Assembly: GCF_009914755.1 (NCBI RefSeq)
Contig: NC_060938.1
Origin: the human T2T-CHM13v2.0 reference genome, Homo sapiens
DNA length: 64,000 bases
Direction: 5' to 3' (one strand)
Of this stretch, positions 15,661 to 28,994 are shown piece by piece. The position numbers were made by a program, and so were the translations under genes. The notes beneath the pieces are model-generated. The model saw nothing but the letters and a program-made list of their open reading frames with translations. It made no database searches and was not told the DNA's origin. How positions within the stretch are numbered: position 1 is the stretch's first letter; each line of letters opens with the position of its first letter.

Positions 15661-16854
15661 CTGGAAGGAAGAAACAATCAAAGGTTAAAGATTAACAGCT
15701 ATAAATCGTCACATCAACATATTAGAAAATGTTTTATTTTGAAAAATATATTTGTAGAAGTGAAAGTTTTATTAGTTTTACTTATCTAAGCAAAGCTAGG
15801 AATTTTTTTACTGTCATTGTCAACAAGAAATTTGATACATTTGTCACTACTAGCCATTTTCATTTTTAGATTACATTTACAAGCTATTATTTTCTTTAAA
15901 AAAAGTATGAATAGGGGAAAAAAGGTCCATAATCTCAATGCCGATTAACCTTTGCTAAGGTTTTCAAAAACAGCAATATGTGTAACAAGATCACATACAC
16001 ATATGTAAAACGTTAAATGAAAAAGTCACCTGCTTCCCTCTCTACTGCCAAAGAAATGTAACTATTTCTTATAAATCATTCGAGAAAAAAATTTTGGAAC
16101 ATATGTAATTATTTATTATAGAGTTATTTATACAAGTGTTTCCTTATATTTTAAAGCATTTTCTGTTCTTGAAGCTTTTGATTAACATCTTTTCCACACA
16201 CTTTATGAAAACAAGTTCATTTCATAAAAATAATTATAGACAATAAATAATTAAAAATTGCTGTGGAATCAACTGTACTATACATAGTGATTAAATAATT
16301 TCTCTTAGATGAGCTTCATGGCAATGAATCTTAACATTATTTTAAAATATTGGTTATTGAAAGAGGAAAACTGATTAAGGCTGATAACATAGAGATAAAT
16401 TAGCTAACTTTCTTCCATTTACTAGACAGTTTACAAAATAGTTTCAGAATTTAGTTGGCCCATTTAGGGTACTATTTTAAAAAATAAACTATATAAGGAA
16501 ATGTACAAAGTAAACCTTTTAAAAATAAATTCCAATGAAAGAATCTATGCACTGTTACATGCTAAAAAATAATAATAAATGCTCATAAGATACAAACTTG
16601 AGCATCTCTCATAAATTGAGTATCTTTAAGAGCTTAGAAAAAACATATATATTGCAATTTCCTAGAGTAAAGCTCAAACAAAAATCTGTATATGTACACA
16701 TGCAGTACAGCTGTACTTTGCTTATTGATATATAATTTCTTCACTCATACTCAACTATATGAAATCCTGGTAATTGGTACATCAGCAGGGCAATAAATTT
16801 AGGCTACTCATGAAACTGATGTTTCAAATTGGTGTTGCCAGGTTAGCAGGTTCA

Positions 16855-17272
<418 letters not shown>

Positions 17273-18699
17273 AGAGTCCAGTTTAAAGTGTAGCATGTAG
17301 CAAATATTATATTTAACAATAGTTATTTTTTAAGGTCAACACTGCGGCCTAGCGGTCTGAGACTATGACAAAATGCCTGAAACATCCCAATTCTGCTAAT
17401 TACTTGCTGAGGGAACTCTACAAAGATCTTAATGTTTTCAACTGCAAATAAAACTGTAATAATGTATGGGTAATAAATACATTATTCATCAAATCAGTAA
17501 TGATAATAAATAATACTAATTAACATTTATTGAGCCTTTACTATACACATGCACTATTCATTTTATCTTTACAATTTTATAGACGAGAACACTAAAGCAT
17601 ACAAATATCAGGGAACTGGGCCAAAGTTAAGTGTAAATCTCAAGTAAGAATTGCCAGTGGCCACAGTTTCACAGAAATTAAGATATGCAATAAGTAAGGT
17701 GAGGCAGACACCAGTGGCACCATGTTACTGAGTTAGGCTATTTCCAGAATGTTCCTACAACTCATCCGACCCCAACCCCATCTCAGAACACCACTGTTGG
17801 CAAAGATCTATCTAACAGAGATGCTGAGAGCAGGCCCTGCTAGCACAGAAGGCAGAATCCAATACACAGAGACTGTTCAGTTTTCTTTTTCCTGCTGCAG
17901 AGGCTACAGGATTAATTTAAGAATAGGAGCAGTGATGCATAGAAATGATGGAAACCCGTAAAGAATGAGCTGGCAAAGATGTTAACAAAATTGCAATAGA
18001 AGACACGCCAGTCTCTCAGAAAACTCAGAAGTATAACGTTGATTCTTTCCTCTGGGTAATGGTTTGAGCTGAGGAATCAAAGCCCTCAGGGATGTTCCTT
18101 GCAGGAAAGGATCTTTACATAGGTGATGATAATACATTAGAGTTTATACTTTACAAAGTGCCTCTGCATTCATTTTTTAATAACTATGTGATGTATTCAG
18201 AGTGGAAACTATTAAACTCATTTTATAGTTGTAGAGGAGGAAACCAAGAATGACTTGCCTAGAGCCACATAGTAATCTAGGAAGCTAGGGCAGGAGCTCA
18301 GGTTTCTATGTTTTGAACATGTCTGCTTTTTTTTTTTTTTTTTTTTTAAGTAATTCTGTTTGAGAAACATTCTAGCCCTAGCTACACATAATCTTGAGTT
18401 ACAGTCCATGGGAACTCTGTGTCACTGCAGCTACAACATGACAATACTCATTTGCTTCTATAAAATAGCAATGCAGACAGTTAAGTGAACATAGACTTTC
18501 TGAGGAGTTTAAGAGCTACAGCTGAAAAGATCCCTATACCATGTGGTGAGAATGAAGTAGTCAAAGATGACTGATAACTACAGAAAGGTCTCCTTCCAGA
18601 TCCACTTAAACAAAATATTGAATTTAATTAATTAATTCTGTCCCGTTTCCTAGGAAAATATTAAAACCAATAAATTGCCTCAGAAAATTAAGACAAAAA

Positions 18700-19665
<966 letters not shown>

Positions 19666-19877
19666 ACCATCCATATTTTATTTAAGCATAATATGTTTGT
19701 TAAAACTGCTTAACTTGACAGAAATGAAGCAGACCACTTAGGAAGGATGGGTTTGGTGTAATGATTGACCCTAAAATAAATTAAAGTAGCTGATGAAATA
19801 CATACAAATATACATAATGGTAGATTCATACTATACCTGATAGTTGACATAATATTGAATGAGAATTTGTATACCAG

Positions 19878-19942
19878 AGTGTATGTGTATATACATACGT
19901 ACACACATACATACATATTTACATATATACACACACATACAA
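19878..19942. repeat. Degenerate (TA/CA)n microsatellite
   Basis: gtgtatgtgtatatacatacgtacacacatac... Confidence 0.8.
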
Positions 19943-20309
19943 ACCTTATTTCAGGACTCTGTCATGGAACAGTATCAAAATATTATTTTAGGATAGATCA
20001 TCTAGTATCTAATAAAATCCTTATATAGTACCTAGGAGACTTTTTGTTACATTTCACACTATTTGTTCAATATACTATAATAATCTAGGTTGCTACATGT
20101 TTACTTATTTAAACTATAGCTACAGGCCTATTGTTGCCACAACTATGTATAAATGGTTAAGACTCAAATATAAATTAATATATATATCCATACTACAAAT
20201 ATAAATTTTTCTATGTTTTCAGAAAAGTGGATATTATGGCATGTTATAAGCCAGGATAATAGATTCTGGGCCAAGATCTATTTTCTTGTGGTTCAAAATT
20301 CTGGCTCTG

Positions 20310-21035
20310 TCCAAATCAGAAAGGAAGTTAAATTGTTCCTGTTTGCAGGTAGCATGATCTTATATACAGAAAACGCCTAAAGACTCCACAAAAACACCTG
20401 TTAGAACTAATCAACAAATTTAGTAAAGTTGCAGGATACAAAATAAACAAACTGGACCTTATCTCACTCTTAACTCAAAAGATATTAAAGACTTAAATGT
20501 AAGAACTTAAATTACTAAAAGAAATTATTAGACAAAAACATTATAGAAACTCTCCAGGATATTGGACTGGGCAAAGATTTCTAAATACCCCATAAGCACA
20601 AGCAACCAAAGCAAAAATGGACAAATGGGATCACATCAAGTTAAAAAAAAGCTTCTTCACAGCAAAGGAAACAATAAACAATCAACAATGTAAAAAGATA
20701 ACCCACAGAATGGAATAAAATATTAGCAAACTACCTGTCTGACAAGGGATTAATAGCCAGAGAATATAAGGAGCTCAAACTACTATGGGGAAAAAAACAA
20801 CTAATAATCTGATTTAAAAATTGGCAAAAGATCTGAATAGACACTTCTGAAAAGAAGACATTCAAACGGAAAATAGGTCTATGAAAACAGATATTTCTCT
20901 GATCATCAGAGAAAAGCAAATCAAACCTACAATGAGATATCACCTCACCCCAGTTAAAATGGCTTTTATCTCAAACAAAGGCAATAACAAATGCTGACAA
21001 GGATGCAGAGGAAAAGGAAGCCTTGTACACTTTGT
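20310..21035 (+). mobile_element. L1MA-type ORF2 fragment with an internal deletion
   Basis: Recognisable L1 ORF2 segments ('gtttgcaggtagcatgatctt', 'aaatgggatcacatcaagtt'). Confidence 0.85.
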
Positions 21036-21773
21036 GGGGCTCAAGACTTCAGTGGAGAAAGTAGCTGCAGATGGGGTATAAATAACAAGAGAACTAGAAT
21101 TAGAAGTGGTGCCTGAAGGTGAAACTAAATTGCTGCAATCTTATGATGAATCTTGAACGGATGCTTCTCATGAATAAGCAAGGAAAGCGGTTTCTTGAGT
21201 TGGAAACTACTGGTGAAAATGCTATGAACATCGTTGAAATGACAGCAATGGATTTAGAATATTCCATAAACTTAGTTGATAAAGCAGCAGCAGCGATTCA
21301 AAGGATTGATTCCAATTTTGAAAGAAGTTCTACTGTGAATAAAATGCTATCAAACAGCATCATATACTACAGAGAAATCTTTTGTGAAAAGAAAGGTCAA
21401 TCAATGCTGCAAACTTCATTGTTGTCTTATTGTAAGAAATTGCCACAGCCCAAACTTCAGCACTTCAGCAACTACCACCTGTCAGTTAGCAGCCATCAGC
21501 ACAGAGACAAGACCCTCCTTCATCAGCCAAAAGGTTACAATTCCTTGAAAGCTCAGATAATTGTTGGCATTTTTTAGCAATATTTTAAAACTACGGTAAA
21601 AATATTTTTTAGACATAATGCTATTACACATTTAATAGACTTCAGTATAGTGTAAACATAACTTTTATATATACTTAGAAACCAAAAAATTTGTATGATT
21701 TGCTTTATTTCAATATTTGCTTTATTGTGGTGGTCTCATACTGAACCCTCAATATCTCTGAGGTATGCCTGTA
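21036..21773 (+). mobile_element. Tigger1 3' portion (TcMar); source of ORF 21119..21577
   Basis: Tigger1-type peptide '[20 protein letters not shown]' and terminal 'tatctctgaggtatgcctg|ta'. Confidence 0.9.
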
Positions 21774-22277
21774 CTTAGAACCAGAATTTTATATAACAAT
21801 AATGCACTATTTGTAAAATATCCTCATTTTCTATAAAACCACATATTTGCTTACAGTTATAAAAAGAAAACAAGCTGGCATGCACATGGAAAAAGCTGCA
21901 CAAGAAATATCTTCTGAAATCTACAATTTTAAATTTTATAAAAATAGATGAAATACTTATGCTTTGGTAGGCCAAAGCTCCCACTGTAACAATTTTTTTA
22001 ATGGCATAAATTACCAAAATCATATGTTTGAATACACTGGTGATCTATACAAGTAACATGGACTCAATGAATTAAAATTCAAGAAACAGGCCTTCACAGG
22101 GGAGCCGATCACTGACTGAAGCCTTGCACCTTTGGCCTCCCAGTCAGAGACTGTCCACATGGATGATGCTACCAGCATTTTAATAACTCATCCTACCATT
22201 CTTTAGCTATATTTAGAGTTTAACATTTATGGAACAAAATGCAGAACTACATGTATTAAACAAAACAGAAAACTTAC

Positions 22278-22468
22278 TGATATGATTTTCTAGTCCTGCT
22301 TCTAATTTCTTCAGCCACAATACAAGGTTTTCTTCAATTATAGCCTGGTCTGAAGGAAATGCAAATACTTGGCCACCTGAATGCAGATTCACCAAAACAA
22401 GAAGAGGAAGGGGAGGCAGAGGATCAAAATATGCCCGCAAGATTCCTCTCCCCACTGGAGTATTCTTT
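22278..22468 (-). CDS. TXNDC16: TXNDC16 penultimate coding exon (191 nt, phase 2 to 1): [63 protein letters not shown]
   Basis: tttgcag| acceptor, |gtaagt donor; overlaps ORF 22213..22455(-). Confidence 0.95.
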
Positions 22469-23634
22469 CTGCAAAAGGGAACAATTGAACATATTAATAT
22501 TTCTTTCTACAACAAAATAATGAAAATAGTAATTTGTAGAACATTAAACTTTTAAGTAGTATCATGCCAGTAAGTTCACTTTATGAAAAGATGTCCTAAA
22601 AACCAAGAAGTCTATGACATGTTATTAGTAACCGGATTCTTTTAAAGTTTCTTTTTAACATGGGGCACTTTGTTTCACTTGGGAGAAAAGCGGCAGCCAA
22701 TGACAATTTTAATGAAAAGCAGGCATAGCCCAAAGGCTTGTCAATTTAGGCTTGACGCAACCAGTAGTTTCCTTCCAACATTTGGCCAAGTATCTGATCA
22801 TACATCAGCTCAAAAATTAAATGATTACATAACTAGAAGATAACAAGATACTTATTTTTATAAATACTTCTTTTCCATAGAATTGTGCCTTTTCTCAGGA
22901 AAAGGCATTAATTTCAAATTAAAGAAGTAGAAATAATTATGTTCATACAAGGAAACTCTGTATGTTACATTAGTTTTCCTAATGTAACACATTCTACAGT
23001 TTATAAAATACTATTTTACTCTTAGATACCTGTAATGATAATTGCCTGGGAAAATGTTGCCTCAAGCAGTAGAATGCACTGTTAAACTCTTCACAGCAAA
23101 AATGTACACTGCCCCATTTCTGTTATTTTTCAAATGATTTTAAAGAATAAATATGTCTTTCATCTGATGAATCTGAACAAGGGGCAGTATATTATTTGTG
23201 AATTTTGTTCACAGACATTAAATGTAACACAATCCATACATCTAGAAAACATACTAGGAAATATTGCTGATGAATGCACTGAAATCTGTCTGAACTTTAA
23301 AAATATAGAAGTACAGAAAAAGGAACTGAAGGAAAAGTCCAAAAATCACAATGTTTACTATTCTGTATTTGCCAAATTTTCTCAATGGGCATCAATTCCT
23401 TTTAAAAAGTAGAACAATTATTTCTTTTAAAATTTTACTGTAGAATAAAATTTAATCTAAAATAAGGTCATCTTGGACCTTGTTTGGGGGAGTTTTGTTA
23501 CTAAAATATCATGGTGACATATTTGGTTCCATAAAATTAACTCCAAAGAGTTAGAGAGTTTCGTTTCCTAATGAAAATGTAATAATTATTACTTTCTTTA
23601 CCTCTTACATATTAAAAAATAAACACATACTTAC

Positions 23635-23795
23635 AGATTTAACCAGCATGGAGTAAATGAATCCAAGTATTTCTGCTTTACCAGTGTCAATATTGCTTTT
23701 TTATATTGAGGATTTACAGTGCCATCACTGAACAAAATCAATAATGGTTTCTGAAGTCTGAAATAACTGGGAAGATTTTCCACAGTGATTTCCGG
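23635..23795 (-). CDS. TXNDC16: TXNDC16 coding exon (161 nt, phase 0 to 2): [53 protein letters not shown](L)
   Basis: Polypyrimidine tract plus gacag| acceptor, |gtaagt donor; 'PEITVEN' is typical of a PDI b-domain start. Confidence 0.95.
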
Positions 23796-24397
23796 CTGTC
23801 AAAGAAAAGGAATAACAACAATAAAAAATGCATTGGGGATGATAATGCATACCACAGAAGACATTCAAATCACTCAGTCAATTTTAGTTTGTAAAATGTA
23901 ATTCAAACACATTTTCACTTAAGTAGAGATTTTACTATATTAATAACTATGAATCTCAATCGTCTTATTCAATCCCACCTCATCTGAATGAGTTATTTTC
24001 AAAATAAAACTACACAGAATTTGAGAATAAATTAATTTAAAGGAGTCCCCTGTTTTACAAGATGTAACACTTCTAATAATTTATTATGCTAAAGTCTGGA
24101 CCAGACTAACCAATATACACATGACAATTGTTATATTTTTTCCTCTAACATAACAATTTTGAAGAAAACTGTAAGCTGAAAAAGTATTTTCTTTAACATC
24201 TATCATTACTTAATAAATATAAAATTTTACTTTTTCCAATATTATGGTTAAAATCATAATTAAAATAACCAAAAATATGCTAAAACAAATCCAAACACCA
24301 ATCTTGTTTCTTTTGAGTTTAAAATAACTGAAAGAATTTAATATGAAATTAGAAATCTAATCCTTTTATCATTTTTATTACTAATTAAAAGATAGGA

Positions 24398-24710
24398 GGC
24401 TGGGAGTGATGGCTCACGCCTGTAATCCCAGCACTTTGGGAGGCCGACGCAGGCAGATCGCCTGAGGTCAGGAGTTCGAGACCAGCCTCACCAACATGGC
24501 AAAACCCTGTCTCTAATAAAAGTACAAAAATTAGCTGGGTATGGTGGTGCCCGCCTGTAATCCCAGCTACTCTGGAGGGTGAGGCAAGACAATCGCTTGA
24601 ACCCAGGAGAGGGAGGTTGCAGTGAGCCGAGATTGTTCCACAGCACTTCAGCCTGAGCAACAGAGTGAGACTCTCAAAAAAAAAAAACCCAAAAAACAAA
24701 AACAAAAACA
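24398..24710 (+). mobile_element. AluSx/Sq-like
   Basis: Full dimer with tail. Confidence 0.95.
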
Positions 24711-24714
24711 AGAT

Positions 24715-24862
24715 AAGGAGGTAATCATTCTCCTGCAATTCGCCCATGCTATGCACATTAAAATAAAATTTTGTATGCCTTTCTCCTATTAATCTGCCTT
24801 TTTTCAGTTATTTTCATGGAACCTTCAGAGGACAAAGAGGAAGCTTTCTCTTGGCCACTGCA
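24715..24862 (+). mobile_element. ERV1 LTR 3' fragment (MER39/MER34-like)
   Basis: 'aataaaattttgtatgccttttctcctattaatctgcctttt...aaccttcagagg'. Confidence 0.65.
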
Positions 24863-25859
24863 CTCTTTTTATCTTAGAAATACTTCCTTTCTCCACTCAC
24901 CTCCAACTCAAGGAAGGGCCTAAAATTCTATTATATTAATATTAGCAGTAATGACTGTCTATCCTCTCTCTCTTTCTATTCTCTCTTTCACACCTTTCTG
25001 TAATGGGGTAGACTTAAACAGTCACTTGATTACAAGTCAGAATCCCAGGTTCTGGATTCATGGAATTGTCACAGTAATAAAACTTTGAGCAAAGCACTCT
25101 GTACCCCAGTTTTTAAATCTGTGAAATGAGGGAATTGAAAGAAAAAAAATAAAAGAGAATAACCATTTTAAAATGTATTTGTAGAAGACAATTTGTCTAC
25201 GCTGTCAGTAACAAGAATTGGAAAGTGCAACAACAATGCTAATATATTTAGGATTAAAAATAGCAATGACATAGAATAATAAAACCTTCTACCATTTTCA
25301 GTTCCACGTCCATTATTTCATCCTCTGGATACACCTGCGAGCTAGATATATCATCCTGTATCAGATAGATAACCCCCAGCTGACATATGGGGAAGCCAAC
25401 ACAGAGACTAACTTGCTTAAGTCACCACGGCTAAGCAGGGGGAAGGAGTGATGGTAGAATCCAGGCATTCTGCTCACCAGTTTCCCCTTTCTTTAGATCG
25501 CACTACAAATTCAGATGAACTTGTTTTTAATGGTGTCACCCACCTCTAAATATAGTCCTAGTTCATCCTGAAGTGCCAAATTCTGGCATATAACTTTCCC
25601 TTTTCAGTTCTCAGAGCAGCTTGCATTTGCCCATTCTCATTTTTCTTCTAATTATCTCTCTTTCACACTCAAAATCTCCTTCTTACACCTTCCTCTTTCA
25701 TGGCTTAAATCTTAGATCACTTTTTCTCCAAATTCCCCTATGCTGTCTTCTTGTGTTAGCTTTCATCCTTTAATCTTGTAGTTGAGTTAGATCCCTCTCC
25801 TAAATATTGACAGATCTTTTATTGAACAAGCAGAAACATTAGGTGAGACAGAGTCACCA

Positions 25860-27290
25860 CAGCTCAATTCAAACATTTATTGAGGACAAAGTTCAAGATG
25901 TTATGCTGGGTGCTGAATCTATAAAGAAATAAGATCCTTTCCTTGCCTTCAAAGAGTTCATACTTTAGAAGAGAAGACAGGTAAGTATACAGACTGCTAT
26001 AATAAATAAAAAATTTAATGTATGACAATAAGAAAACTTATTGGTTCGAAATTAAACAAGCTAAAAACACAAGGTAGGTGTGATGGTTAATACTAAGTGT
26101 CAACTTGATTGGATTGAGGGATGTAAAGTATTGATCCTGGATGTGTCTATGAGGGTGTTGTCAAAGATTAACATTTGAGTCGGTGGGCTGGAAAAGGCAG
26201 ACCCACCTTAATCTGGGTGGGCACCATCTAATCAGCTGCCAGCACAACTAGAAAAAAACATAAAGCAGACAGAAAAAAGTGTAAAGACTAGACTGGCCTA
26301 GTCTCCCAACCTACATCTTCTCCTGTGCTGGATGCTTCCTGCCCTCGAACATCAGACTCTTAAGTTCTTCAGTTTTGGGACTCGAACTGGCTTTCCTTTC
26401 TCCTCAGCTTGCAGATGGCCTATTGTGGGACCGTGTGATTTTTATTAGTTAAAACTTAATAAACTCCCTTTTATTATATCTATCCTATTAGTTCTGTCCG
26501 TCTAGAGAAACCTGACTAATACAGTAGGGGAGCTCATGGATGATTTTAGGAATTGATATTTGAGCTGGACCCTGGATAAAGAATAAGATCTTGACAGACT
26601 GAGGTGTGTGCTTGAGCAGGGATTTCAGACATAGGGAACATCATGAAGATAGGCAGAGAGCTATTAAAGCATACATAATATTTTGGAATAGTGATAATGA
26701 AGGATGCCAGAGTTAGGCATGCAAGAGGCAAATATGGCTGTGAGACCAGATGAGTAATGCCTTCATAAGTATTCTAGCTCCTGGGAATACTGAGAAGATT
26801 TCTGTATCAGATTGGTGACACAGTTAGGCCTGTTTTTCAAAAGATGACTAACTAGAATATAAATTTGTGAAAAGAAGGACCAGTGGAAGGACCCTACTCT
26901 TTCCTATGTCTAGTCAAAAGAGAAAGACCAAGAGATTTGTGAGTTTAGAAGGAAACTGAGTTCTAAAATTAAACACTCGGATTTAGGAATCATCAGCTGG
27001 TAGTGATGGTAGAAGTTATGGGTATGGATAAAATTTTCCAAAGAAAAGACATAGCAAAAGAAGAAAAAAAAAGAGTTGAAGATGTAATTCTAGGGAATAA
27101 ATGAGACAGAGGATGGTCAGATGGACAAAAGAGGACTGAATTACAAAAGCCGGAAGAAAAGAGAATGTTGAGGAGGAATGGTATAGACAACAGTTTTGAC
27201 TGCTACTGAGACACTAAGGAGAAACACAGTTAAGAGGTCATCAAATGTGGTACTTGGAAGGTGACCTTTGGCTCTCTGAGTATATAACAG
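25860..27290 (-). mobile_element. L2 fragment hosting the MLT2A LTR
   Basis: 'attcaaacatttattgag...gctgggtgctg' and later purine-rich reverse L2 motifs. Confidence 0.7.
26079..26523 (+). mobile_element. Complete MLT2A1-type (HERV-L) solo LTR
   Basis: TGTGATGGTTAAT...CTAATACA ends, 445 bp, perfect 5-bp TSD GTAGG, AATAAA at 26458-26463. Confidence 0.92.
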
Positions 27291-28668
27291 ACTATAACTG
27301 TGTGGGTCCTGGTGTTCTAAACTTGTCAATAATAAAAGCATAAAAAAGGAACTCAGTTTATCTGAGAAAAATACTAAACCCTATTTCCTAACAGGAAACA
27401 GTCTTAAATATATCAATGCTTATGTAGTTAATTATTGTGTATTTCAGATTTAAGCATTATTTATCTGGCCCAATTTGTCATCAGGTTCATTAAAATAAAA
27501 ACTTCATACCATAATAAAAAATCTTCACCCTCTGGTCATCAACTCTCCTTCCTCATCCAGATGAAGGCACTAAAGTCTCTCTAAAGCCTATTTAATCTTT
27601 ATTATAGCTGTTCAGTATTAAGTTGAACACCACAAATAAAAACATTGGAAACAAACTGTCACAATGCATATTACATTTGTTGTTACTGTAAACAGATTTT
27701 GATACTAAGTTTCTCCTACGTTTCTAAGGTTTAATGAATATAATCTTTAAAAAAATTAGAGACCAATTTTTATCCACTAAATATACCAAGATAAAAAGAG
27801 TAAAATGATACAAATCTTCTGTCAGGAAATACAAAAGTTATCAGAAGCCTCAAAAGTGGGCCTACTCTTTGGACAACCAATTCAAATTCTAGAAATTTAA
27901 CCTAAATCCATAATCATAGATACACCCAAAGATTACCTAAAAGGATGTTCCCTGAATTATAAATAAAACAAAAACTAAAGACAGCTTAAACAACCATCAA
28001 GAGGAAATGGGCTAAATAAATTTTGGTACATTAGTAAACAATATTATGCAGATGTTAAAAATTAAAATGTGTATCTATAGTACTTGATGGAAATACATTA
28101 ATATAAAAAGGCACACAGATACATACAGAATTTAGGTTTGGGGAAATGTATTTCCTAACGTAAACTTGGGTAGAAAAGTTATGGTTGATTATAATTTTCT
28201 TCTTTATCCTTTCTGTATTACCTGAAAAAGCCAAACAAAGGCTTCTAGTAATTCCAAAAATACTACACTATGTATATGCTAAAGGAATTACTTAATAACA
28301 TGTCATTAATAACATAAATGTTACTTTAATAAGTAATTTAGAAACATACATCATGAACATATCAATTCAATGATTTGATTATTTATAACCTATAATTTTA
28401 ACAGGAGGAAAGGACAGAACCAAGACACAAAAAGACTTAATAAAGACTGCAGTCCCTTAGTTGAGCCCAAAATGTAATGTCCTTTAGATCATCAAGACAA
28501 AAAACCTAACAGGATATTCATTTAGCATCTATAGCTAATAAAAATGCTCCTTGAGTCACTTCAGAAATGTAGAAAAGTATAAATTCTAGCTATGTTTAAT
28601 ATGAAAGCAAACAACTAAAATCAGGTAACACAGGTTACATTTGTTGTGCCCTTGAATCCACTATTATA

Positions 28669-28994
28669 CAGTCATGCATCGCATGATGTTTCAGTCAACA
28701 ATGGAGTACATGTAAGATGGTGGTCCCATAAGATTATACCATGTTTTTACTGTACCTTTTCTATGTTTAGATTCACAAATATTTACCATTGTTACAAGAG
28801 CCTACAGTATTTAGTAAAGTAACATGCTGTACAGGTTTGTAGCCTAGGAGCAATATGCTATACCTTACAGCGTAGGTACGTAGTAGGCTATACCACCTAG
28901 ATTTCTGTAAGTACACTCTATATAAAGTTTGTATGATAAAACTGCCTATCGATGCATTTCTCAGAAGATATCCTCGTTAAGTGATGCATGACTG
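28669..28994. mobile_element. Tigger3-type non-autonomous element
   Basis: TIRs cagtcatgcatc / gatgcatgactg with TA TSD. Confidence 0.9.

Noticed and set aside
21119-21577. 152-aa ORF as a domesticated transposase
   Set aside because: It is only the 3' part of Tigger1, without the transposase core or an ATG start
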